64,000 bases of DNA from positions 6,644-70,643 of the forward strand of contig JASJCI010000022.1 of assembly GCA_030066085.1 (NCBI GenBank), written 5' to 3'. The notes below the pieces were generated by a model. It made no database searches. It was given only the letters and a program-made list of their open reading frames with translations, and was not told the DNA's origin. Source of the DNA: Gammaproteobacteria bacterium. Its GTDB lineage: Bacteria > Pseudomonadota > Gammaproteobacteria > GCA-001735895. A program made the translations under genes and the position numbers. Of this stretch, positions 49,219 to 57,118 are shown in pieces (position 1 is the stretch's first letter; each line of letters opens with the position of its first letter).

Positions 49219-50706
49219 CTAGCGCGGCGCCAGTTCGAGCGCGTCCAGTGCGTCGACGATCGGAATCACGTAATTGATGTTTTTCGAGCCGCCGTCGCGC
49301 GTGAAAAGCCCGGCCACGGTAATACCGATGACGTTACCCGAACTGTTGAACACCGGACCGCCGGAATTGCCCGGGTTGACCGCCGCATCGGTCTGGTAAT
49401 AGGGTCGCTCGTCGAGCGTCCGCCGCGCCGAGACGATACCGCGCGTGATCGAGAAATCGAGGCTTTCGTCGAGCGGCGTACCGACGACGTAGATTTCCTC
49501 GCCGAGGCGCACCTGGCCGGTATCGATCTGCAGCGGTTTCGTTTTGACGCTGCCTTTGAGCTTCAGCAGCGCGACATCCCGCCCGGGGTGACTGCGCACC
49601 ACCACGGCACGGCGTTGCTGCCCGCCATGGATCACGATGACTTCTCGATTCTGCCCGACAACGTGCTGATTGGTCAGCACGTAGCCCGGCGATGACACCA
49701 GGAAACCGCTGCCGTGGCCGCCGGCCGTGCGCACGGTTACCGCCGCTTTTTCGATCTCGGCGGTCCTGGCAACGAAACTCGATTTCGCGCTGCCGCGCCT
49801 GATATCGATGTCGTCGAGCGCTTCTCCCGCGTCGCTGTAACCGGTTTCGAGCATGCGGCTCGTGGTCAGCAGCGCAGCAAACTCCGGTTGCGCAAGCAGG
49901 TTCTCGGTAGCCTGGCGAAACGCGAGCCCGGCACTGACCGCGGCGCCGTTGAAGCGGGCGGATTTCTTGAAACTGTTTTCCACGCCCTCGGTGGTGGCCT
50001 CGAACACCGTCTGGCGCGCGAGGTTGTCGAACACCTTCCACTCGACCTTGAGGTAGGTCGCGTTCTGGGTAAAGGTCCGCAGGTTGGGCGCGCTGCGGCT
50101 GCCGCAGTGCGACAGGCGGATATCGGTGATCACGGCGGCGAGACTCAGGTCGTTGCCGCCGACCTGTTCCATGGCGAAGGTCCTGTCGCCGGCGACGGCG
50201 TAGCCGTTGTCCTCGAAAGCCTCGTCGAAGTGCTGCTTGAACTCGGTCTGCCTGGCAATGTACCTGGCGTTGTTGAGCGTCAGCTTACCCTGCAGGATGC
50301 ACGGGAAAGGTGTCGCCGGCGCCTTGTCGCTCTGGCGCAGGCGCTCCGCCTTTTTACCGGCTTCGCGAGTGTACTTGTAGGTTTGTCCGAGCGCCGCTTC
50401 GGCTTCGGCATCACCCTGGTAATCGAGCGATATGTGCTCGAGCAAAACTGTTCTCGATTGCTCGGCGGCAGCCTTGCGAATGGGCTCGAGCCGTTGCACG
50501 CTCGGAAAACGATGCGCCGAGACGGGCTTGTTTTTCTTGACATTGACGACCTTGGCCTCGCCGCCAGCACCCGGCGGCGGCTTGTCGGAAAAATGTACCT
50601 TGCCGTTTTCATCGGTCCACTTGTACAGCTCCGCCTGCAAGGCCGGTGCGGCCAGCAGCGTCATAGCCAGCAGCGTCAAGGAGGTGTAGCGAGCCCGTGT
50701 TTGCAT
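49219..50706 (-). CDS. Secreted DUF4124 (N-terminal) / trypsin-like S1 serine protease (C-terminal) protein
   Basis: 495 aa, signal peptide, ELYKWTDENGKVHFSD (DUF4124). The C-terminal chymotrypsin-fold triad context is GSGFLVS...TNQHVV, DVALLKL, GNSGGPV. Confidence 0.75.
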   Translation of the reverse strand: MQTRARYTSLTLLAMTLLAAPALQAELYKWTDENGKVHFSDKPPPGAGGEAKVVNVKKNKPVSAHRFPSVQRLEPIRKAAAEQSRTVLLEHISLDYQGDAEAEAALGQTYKYTREAGKKAERLRQSDKAPATPFPCILQGKLTLNNARYIARQTEFKQHFDEAFEDNGYAVAGDRTFAMEQVGGNDLSLAAVITDIRLSHCGSRSAPNLRTFTQNATYLKVEWKVFDNLARQTVFEATTEGVENSFKKSARFNGAAVSAGLAFRQATENLLAQPEFAALLTTSRMLETGYSDAGEALDDIDIRRGSAKSSFVARTAEIEKAAVTVRTAGGHGSGFLVSSPGYVLTNQHVVGQNREVIVIHGGQQRRAVVVRSHPGRDVALLKLKGSVKTKPLQIDTGQVRLGEEIYVVGTPLDESLDFSITRGIVSARRTLDERPYYQTDAAVNPGNSGGPVFNSSGNVIGITVAGLFTRDGGSKNINYVIPIVDALDALELAPR

Positions 50707-50829
50707 AATCGATCGTTTGCCCTGTACCGGCTGCGCTTGCGCGGGGTTTCAACTCGACCCCGGCAGCTCCGGCGATAAAAAAAGTATAGTCAAACGGCGC
50801 GAAATTGCGCCCGCGGGGCAAGCCGGCGG

Positions 50830-52008
50830 TCAGAAATAGTAAGCCAGTTCCAGCAACAGGAAGTCGTCGTGCTCGAAGGCCGCGAGCACGTCGTCGCCGT
50901 CGATATTGGAGAAGGTCTGCAATTCGAGGATGGCCTTCCAGCTAGCGCCGAAACGGCGGCTGCCCTCGACGCGGAAACTGCGGCTGCCCTTGTCGACGTC
51001 GACGATCAGGCCGGCGAGGATTTCGCTGGACTGCTGGTCGTTGAAAGTGAAGCGAGTAGCGACAAAAACATCGCGGTCGAAGGCGCCGCGGTCGTTCTCG
51101 GGCCGGTCGTCGTGCGAATACTCGAGCAGCAGGCCGAGGTCCAGGTCGGATTCGTAAACCCCGTACAGGGTGTATTCGAATCCCCCGACCGCGGCGTTGA
51201 AGTCATTCGAACGGGCATTGCGGTGGATGTATTCGAGCTTGTAGATCCAGTCCTGGTAAATCAGCTGCGCGTCGAGGCCGAACTGCGTCATCTGCTCGTA
51301 AAACGGGATCAGCACCGCCTTGCCGCCAGCATCGGTCCCCGGCAGCAGCAGTGGATCGCGGCTGGTGCCGTCGAACAGCGACAGCCCCAGGTCGAGGTCA
51401 CCGTAGGTCTGCGAGAAACGCAGGGCGAAATCGACGTGCGCGTCCTCGTCCGAGGATTCGTACTCGGCCTGGTCGGTGTCGACCACCAGCGGCGGGCGCA
51501 GCCGGCCCTCGGCTTCCTGGAAGGTGCGTTCGCGAAAGCCCGGCAGCACCAGCAAGTCGAGCACGCCCCAGTCCTGGTAGCGCTTCCAGTGCAGCATCGG
51601 CTGGCCGAGTTTCTCCTCGCGGTCGATACCCTCGACCAGGTCGACCTGGTTGATCACGTCGACCAGGTGCTGCGATTCGGTCACGCCCCAGAACATGGTG
51701 TTGACGCCGACGCGCCACTCGTTGTCGCCGTCGATGCGCAGCCACAGCAGCTCGCGCAGGTCGGCGTGCTCACGACCGGCATCTTTATTGTCGGCGCGCA
51801 GGAAAAGCTCGACGCTCCAGAGGTCGTTGCCGTCGTTCCACTCGCCGTTCCAGCGTGGTTCGAAGGAGAAGGTTACGTTGTCGTCGAACTGCCCGTCGAA
51901 CTGCGCAGACTCGGTGTAGGTCTGGGTCTCGACCGCGACGTTACCGGAAAACCCGGCCTGTGCCAGGCTCGCGAACGGCAGCAGGCAGGTACAGGCGAGT
52001 CGCCGCAC
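50830..52008 (-). CDS. Outer-membrane beta-barrel protein, DUF1302-like
   Basis: 392 aa, signal peptide. Alternating amphipathic strands. C-terminal aromatic residue (...ELAYYF). Partnered with the upstream DUF1329-like gene. Confidence 0.6.
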   Translation of the reverse strand: MRRLACTCLLPFASLAQAGFSGNVAVETQTYTESAQFDGQFDDNVTFSFEPRWNGEWNDGNDLWSVELFLRADNKDAGREHADLRELLWLRIDGDNEWRVGVNTMFWGVTESQHLVDVINQVDLVEGIDREEKLGQPMLHWKRYQDWGVLDLLVLPGFRERTFQEAEGRLRPPLVVDTDQAEYESSDEDAHVDFALRFSQTYGDLDLGLSLFDGTSRDPLLLPGTDAGGKAVLIPFYEQMTQFGLDAQLIYQDWIYKLEYIHRNARSNDFNAAVGGFEYTLYGVYESDLDLGLLLEYSHDDRPENDRGAFDRDVFVATRFTFNDQQSSEILAGLIVDVDKGSRSFRVEGSRRFGASWKAILELQTFSNIDGDDVLAAFEHDDFLLLELAYYF

Positions 52009-52009
52009 G

Positions 52010-52795
52010 TCAGTTACCGCGCTTGAGCGCCTGCGAGCGGAAGTCGCGATCGGTCAACCCGGTTCTGAAGCGGTAGTTGTTCCACTCGAGCAGGGTGCTC
52101 TTGCCGGTCTGGTGATTTTGCATGAACATTTTTCCGGGCCGCCAGTAATGGCCGAGAAACTGCTGGAAATCGCTCGCGGTCAGGGTCTTGAGCAAGGCTT
52201 TCTTGCGATCGTAGAACTCGGCCCTGACCAGCCGGTAACCGGCCTGGTCGATCCACGCAACCTCGCGCGTGTAGCCGGAGAACTCGTACGCGGGATAACG
52301 CTCGATCACGTAACACTGCCACTCGCCGCAGGGTTCCTCGCGCAGGTAGCGGTAGCTGTACTTTTCCACCTCCTGTGAACCCAGGTCTTCGAAAGCGAAG
52401 GTCGAACCCATGAACGGGCCGGACTTGTTGCGCGACGAAATCCGCTTGACCCGTTTCAGCGCCGGCAGGTACAGCCACTGGTCGTCGGGCTCGAGCCCGT
52501 GCGAATAGGTCAGCATCCTGGTGCCCCTGACGTCGGCCGGCTGGTCGAAAATCGACAGGCTCTTGTCGCCGTCACCCTCGACCTCGAGGGTCTTGATGCG
52601 GATATTGCGTTGCGCGGTTTCACCGGCCTTGTTGATCAGCGTCATGACCATGTCGGCGGTGAAATCGCCGAAGCCCTTATCGTAGGCATCCGCCGCCCGC
52701 GCGATTTCGAGGCCCTTTTCCTCGGGCGTCTGCGCGCCGGCAAGAACCGGCAGCAGCGCGACCAGTACGGCGATCAGGAATTTTCGGGGCAGCAT
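52010..52795 (-). CDS. Outer membrane lipoprotein-sorting (LolA-fold) protein, DUF1329-like
   Basis: 261 aa, signal peptide. Family typically encoded next to HAE3/MMPL RND transporters. Confidence 0.6.
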   Translation of the reverse strand: MLPRKFLIAVLVALLPVLAGAQTPEEKGLEIARAADAYDKGFGDFTADMVMTLINKAGETAQRNIRIKTLEVEGDGDKSLSIFDQPADVRGTRMLTYSHGLEPDDQWLYLPALKRVKRISSRNKSGPFMGSTFAFEDLGSQEVEKYSYRYLREEPCGEWQCYVIERYPAYEFSGYTREVAWIDQAGYRLVRAEFYDRKKALLKTLTASDFQQFLGHYWRPGKMFMQNHQTGKSTLLEWNNYRFRTGLTDRDFRSQALKRGN

Positions 52796-52799
52796 GCGA

Positions 52800-55139
52800 T
52801 TACTCCTTGCGATCCAGTGCGGGCAGCAGCCCGGGCGCGGCTTCGTCCCTGTCCTTCGAGGGGCCGTCGAGCGCCATCAGGATCGGCGGCAGCAGCAGGA
52901 AATCGGCGACGATGGCAAACACGATGGTGGCCGCGGTCATCATCGCCATGTGCGCGTTCAGGGTAAACGCGGAAAACATCAGCACCGTGAAACCCGCGAC
53001 CAGCACGATCGACGTCGCCACCAGCGCCAGCCCGACGGTATCGAAGGCATAACGTACCGCGTCCGGCGCAGCGAGACCTTTCTCGCGCCGTGCACGCAGG
53101 TACTTGCTGAGAAAATGCACGGTGTCGTCGACCACGATGCCGAGGGTCATGCCGGTAACCACCGACAGCGCGAGACCGACCTGCCCGACCGCGATACCCC
53201 AGGCACCGAAGGCCAGCGCCGCCGGGATCAGGTTCGGCACCAGGCTCAGCAGTCCGATCTTGATCGACCTCAGCGCGAACACGAGGATCAGCGAGATCAG
53301 CACCAGCGCGATCGTCGTACCGAGCAGCATGCTGCGTATGTTGCGCTCGCCGATGTGGCTGAACATGATGGTCGGGCTCGAACCCTCGTTGTGCATGCTC
53401 GCCGGTGCGTTGTCGCGCAGCCATTGCTGCGCGCGCTGTTCCAGTGCGAGTACCGAGTTGGTCGTCATGTGCTGCAGCATCACGGTCATGCGCGTCGCCG
53501 ACTTGTCGATATCGAGCTGGTTGTTCAGGTCCAGGCCGTAGGGCAGCGACATCTCGTACAGCAGCAGGTACTGCGCCGCCAGCTCGCGCTCCTCGGGCAG
53601 GCGATACCAGGCGGGATCGTCCCCGTGCATGCTCTTGTTGAGCCGCTTGAAGGTATCGGCGATCACGTTGACGTGAATCACCCCGGGTTGCTCGCGAAAC
53701 CAGTTGGCGAAGTTCTCCATGTGCCGCTGGAACCCGGGGTCGCTGACGCCGCCTTCCATGCCCGACTCGAGCGAGTAGTCCACCAGGTAGAGCCCGCTGA
53801 GGTTATCGTTGGCGAAATCGGCATCGCGGCGAAACTCGATGCGCTCGCTGAAGTACTGCACAAAATTGTCGTTGAGCTCGTTCTGCGGGATGAATGAAAT
53901 CAGCGCGATGCTGGCGAGGCTCATACCGATCAGCAGCCGGCGGCGCCTGGCGATGACGAACTCGGCAAAGCGCGCCATGAGCCTGCTGCTGTAGCCGACC
54001 GGGTTCCGGTCCGACTCGGGCAGCAGCATCATCGCCGCGGGCAGAAAGGTGACGCTCAGCACGAACGCGATCATGACGCCGATGGCGACGATATTGCCGA
54101 GGTCGTGAAACGGCGGCGCATCGGAAAAGTTCATGCTCATGAAACCGATCGCGGTAGTGATACTGGTGAGGAAAATCGGCTGCAAGTTGATGCGGATACT
54201 GTCGATCATGGCTTCCTCGCGCGTCTCACCCTTCTGCCGCATCAACAGGTAATTCATCAGCACGTGCACGCTGTCGGCAATCGCCATGGTCGGGATGATC
54301 ATGATCGCGGAGAACGACGGCGGCGTCAGCTCGATGCCGAGCCAGAACGCGGTACCGAGCGCGCCGACGATGGAAAAGATGATGATGGCGAACGCCGACA
54401 GGGTACCGGACCAGCGCTTGACCCACAGGAACAACACGATCATGAACAGCACCAGCATGCCCGGGAACAGGGTCGACATATCCTGCTGGGTCGCTTCCGG
54501 GAACGCCTGGTTCATCATCGCGATACCGGTCAGGCGCACTTCGTAACCGGCGAAGCGTTGCTGGAACTCGCTGCGCAGCTCGCGCGCGAAGGCCACCACC
54601 TGCGGGTTTTCCGTGATCTGGTCGACGCCCGGCAGCTCGACGGTGATGTTGATCCCGGTGACGTGTGCCCGCGGCGACACCAGGCGGTTGACCAGCACCG
54701 GTTCGTTGAGCGCAACCTCGCGAATCCGCCGCAGCTCCTCGTCGCTCAGCGTTTGCGGTTCGTAGGCAAGGTCCTCGACCAGCAGGTCGTCGCCGTCGGC
54801 CGAGGTGTGCTGGTAATTGGTGAGCGAATCCACCCGGATCGAAAACGGCGTTTCCCAGGCGCGCTCGGTCAGCCATGCGACCGCCGTAAGGGTTTCGCGG
54901 GTAAACACCTGGCCGCTTTCCGGCGCCAGCACGATCATGACATTATCGTTGCGCGCGTAAGTATCCTGCAGGTTTTCGAAGGCCAGCAGCTGCGGATTAT
55001 CCTTGCCGAAAAATACGCGGTAATCGTTGGTGAAGGCGGCATGCTGCAGGCCCGTGGCCATGGCCAGGATCCACAGCAGCGACAGGATTATCGTCTTCCA
55101 TTTGTGCCGCAGGATAAATTCGGCGTAACGCCTGGCCAT
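52800..55139 (-). CDS. RND superfamily transporter, MMPL/HAE3-like (two 6-TM bundles with large periplasmic loops)
   Basis: 779 aa. N-terminal TM, a large soluble domain, a 5-TM cluster, then a second repeat of the same. Typical RND permease topology. Confidence 0.8.
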   Translation of the reverse strand: MARRYAEFILRHKWKTIILSLLWILAMATGLQHAAFTNDYRVFFGKDNPQLLAFENLQDTYARNDNVMIVLAPESGQVFTRETLTAVAWLTERAWETPFSIRVDSLTNYQHTSADGDDLLVEDLAYEPQTLSDEELRRIREVALNEPVLVNRLVSPRAHVTGINITVELPGVDQITENPQVVAFARELRSEFQQRFAGYEVRLTGIAMMNQAFPEATQQDMSTLFPGMLVLFMIVLFLWVKRWSGTLSAFAIIIFSIVGALGTAFWLGIELTPPSFSAIMIIPTMAIADSVHVLMNYLLMRQKGETREEAMIDSIRINLQPIFLTSITTAIGFMSMNFSDAPPFHDLGNIVAIGVMIAFVLSVTFLPAAMMLLPESDRNPVGYSSRLMARFAEFVIARRRRLLIGMSLASIALISFIPQNELNDNFVQYFSERIEFRRDADFANDNLSGLYLVDYSLESGMEGGVSDPGFQRHMENFANWFREQPGVIHVNVIADTFKRLNKSMHGDDPAWYRLPEERELAAQYLLLYEMSLPYGLDLNNQLDIDKSATRMTVMLQHMTTNSVLALEQRAQQWLRDNAPASMHNEGSSPTIMFSHIGERNIRSMLLGTTIALVLISLILVFALRSIKIGLLSLVPNLIPAALAFGAWGIAVGQVGLALSVVTGMTLGIVVDDTVHFLSKYLRARREKGLAAPDAVRYAFDTVGLALVATSIVLVAGFTVLMFSAFTLNAHMAMMTAATIVFAIVADFLLLPPILMALDGPSKDRDEAAPGLLPALDRKE

Positions 55140-55152
55140 GCTCGGGTACCTT

Positions 55153-55827
55153 TTACTTCCTTATGAGTCGCAGTAGCTGAACCAGGCCCTGCCCGCAGAG
55201 ATACAGCTTGTCCAGGCTTTGCGATACCTTGGCCGCGTTCAGGCCGCCTTCCATGATCGAGGCCATGGTGACACCCATCGTGTACGGATCCACTTCGTCG
55301 ACGATCAGCTCCATCTCCTTCGCCCGAATCAGCATATCGGCAATGGACTGGTGCCACTGCTCGTAGATGGCGGTCAGGCGGGTACGGAAGCCCTCGTCTA
55401 TCGGCGCCATTTCCTGCGCCAGCACCGACAGCGGGCAACCGAGTTCGATATCGGTCATCGAAAACGCATCGCCCACGCGTTGAATGAAGGCAACGAAACC
55501 CTCGATCGGGTCAGCGAAATCTTCCAGCGGCTGGATGAAGCCGAGATGAATACGCTCCGCGATGACTTCATCGACCACGGCGTAGCCGAGCTCGGTCTTG
55601 TCGCGAAAATGGTGATACAACGCGCCCTTGGTAGCGCCGGTGTGCGCGAGGATGTGGCTCAGGCTGGCCGACTGAAAACCGTTGAGGTGAATTTCCTTGT
55701 AGGCCGCAAACAGGATTCGCTCGCGCGTATCGGGCTTACGCTCGTGCAGCGGCCGCCACCAGTAGACGTCGTTGTCGGTAAATCCGGTCACCGGGCAACC
55801 ATACATACCGACCGGTATGTATGTCAA
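55153..55827 (-). CDS. TetR family transcriptional regulator
   Basis: HTH block RERILFAAYKEIHLNGFQSASLSHILAHTGATKGALYHHFRDK. Start may be an internal Met. Confidence 0.8.
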   Translation of the reverse strand: MTYIPVGMYGCPVTGFTDNDVYWWRPLHERKPDTRERILFAAYKEIHLNGFQSASLSHILAHTGATKGALYHHFRDKTELGYAVVDEVIAERIHLGFIQPLEDFADPIEGFVAFIQRVGDAFSMTDIELGCPLSVLAQEMAPIDEGFRTRLTAIYEQWHQSIADMLIRAKEMELIVDEVDPYTMGVTMASIMEGGLNAAKVSQSLDKLYLCGQGLVQLLRLIRK

Positions 55828-55878
55828 TCACCGAATACCTCGGCTCGCTAACGCGTCAGCAACTGCGACAGGTCGCGA

Positions 55879-56550
55879 TTACCCCAGAAAAGCGCTGCCG
55901 AACAGCAGCACCGCCAGCGGCACCGGCGCGACCGCAAGCGCAATCGTCAACAGGAAGCCTGGAATCGAAAACAAACGACTGATCCCGGCAAACAGCGCAA
56001 TCCCGCCGCCACCACCGATGAGGTAGTTGCCAGGCAAATTCAGCAAAACTGCCAGCGCAAGGTAACGGTAGCGCAGTAACAGCGGTCCGGCACCCCGAGG
56101 CGCTCGCTCGATCATCGCGGCCAGGCTTCGCTTGCGACCAAGTGAACGTATTTCCCGCAGGCGCCGCTCCAGGCGGAGCCACCCGAGGCGCGCAACGCGG
56201 TCGATGAGCCACTCGAGCGGGACCAGGCGGCCAACCAGGAACGCGAGTGCCAATCCACCCAGCGTGCATAAATAGACCAGTGGTGCAATCTTGGGTCCCA
56301 GCGTCGCCATCAGTGCGATACCAATCTCCGCGCCCGGCACGAACGGGATGGCCAGCAGCAGCGTGTAGAGCGACGCGGTAACCATGATGGTGTAGTGAAC
56401 CCTGTCTTCGGTAGACGGGCGAATGGAGAAATCCAGGGACTCGAAAAACTGTCGCGCCAACAGGTTCGCGACCAGCAGCAAACAGACAAGCAGTACGCCC
56501 TTGACGGCGAGCCGCCAGCCTGAAAACGCAGCGGGCGGCGTCTCGCTCAC
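55879..56550 (-). CDS. Hypothetical polytopic membrane protein
   Basis: GTG start 1 nt after the stop of the upstream secreted-protein gene. About 6 hydrophobic segments. The ORF track call extends further upstream. No family recognised. Confidence 0.45.
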   Translation of the reverse strand: MSETPPAAFSGWRLAVKGVLLVCLLLVANLLARQFFESLDFSIRPSTEDRVHYTIMVTASLYTLLLAIPFVPGAEIGIALMATLGPKIAPLVYLCTLGGLALAFLVGRLVPLEWLIDRVARLGWLRLERRLREIRSLGRKRSLAAMIERAPRGAGPLLLRYRYLALAVLLNLPGNYLIGGGGGIALFAGISRLFSIPGFLLTIALAVAPVPLAVLLFGSAFLG

Positions 56551-56551
56551 A

Positions 56552-57025
56552 TCAGTCGGGCGCCGAGGTAGCGGCGACCAGCTCGCCTTCGAACTCGAAG
56601 ATCGTTTCGACCGTCCAGTACCAGCGACGAGCCATCCATGACGAACGACCGCTGATGCGACCATTTTCGACCGTGCCGCGCCAGACGATAGTTGCATCCT
56701 TGTAGGGGCAGCGGGTTTCGCTGATGAACTCTACCCTGTCACCGTCGACTCGCGTGAAGTAGGGTCGCGCCGGGTACTCGCATCGCAGTTCGCACTCCTT
56801 GGAAACGAAGGTGCCGTTCTCGAACACGAAACGGTCGGCCGTATCCTTGGGTTTGCCGGAAGGGCCGAGCATGCCGACGAAAGTAAGCCCATCGAGCGGT
56901 CCGGCGATTATCCGGGATCCGGCGCCATCCGCGGCTGGTGATTCCGCTGCCGCCGAATGTAACGCAAGCAATCCGAGTACCATCGCCACCGACAACACGC
57001 ATCGCATGCGCATGATCGATATCAT
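56552..57025 (-). CDS. Hypothetical secreted protein (signal peptide, 4 Cys)
   Basis: 157 aa, MISIMRMRCVLSVAMVLGLLALHSAAA signal peptide. CELRCEYP and RCPYKD cysteine pairs. Confidence 0.45.
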   Translation of the reverse strand: MISIMRMRCVLSVAMVLGLLALHSAAAESPAADGAGSRIIAGPLDGLTFVGMLGPSGKPKDTADRFVFENGTFVSKECELRCEYPARPYFTRVDGDRVEFISETRCPYKDATIVWRGTVENGRISGRSSWMARRWYWTVETIFEFEGELVAATSAPD

Positions 57026-57118
57026 CGCGCTTCCGCACCTGCTCCCCGCCGAACGGGGATCCGTTCAAGAAGGACTGAACAGCATACGCCTGTTGTCGGG
57101 TGAGCGCAAAAAGCGTGG

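Noticed and set aside
50869-52026. 385-aa plus-strand ORF opposite the DUF1302-like barrel gene
   Set aside because: Antisense, low-complexity (Val/Ala/Gly/Asp). The sense strand gives a signal peptide plus a beta-barrel pattern.
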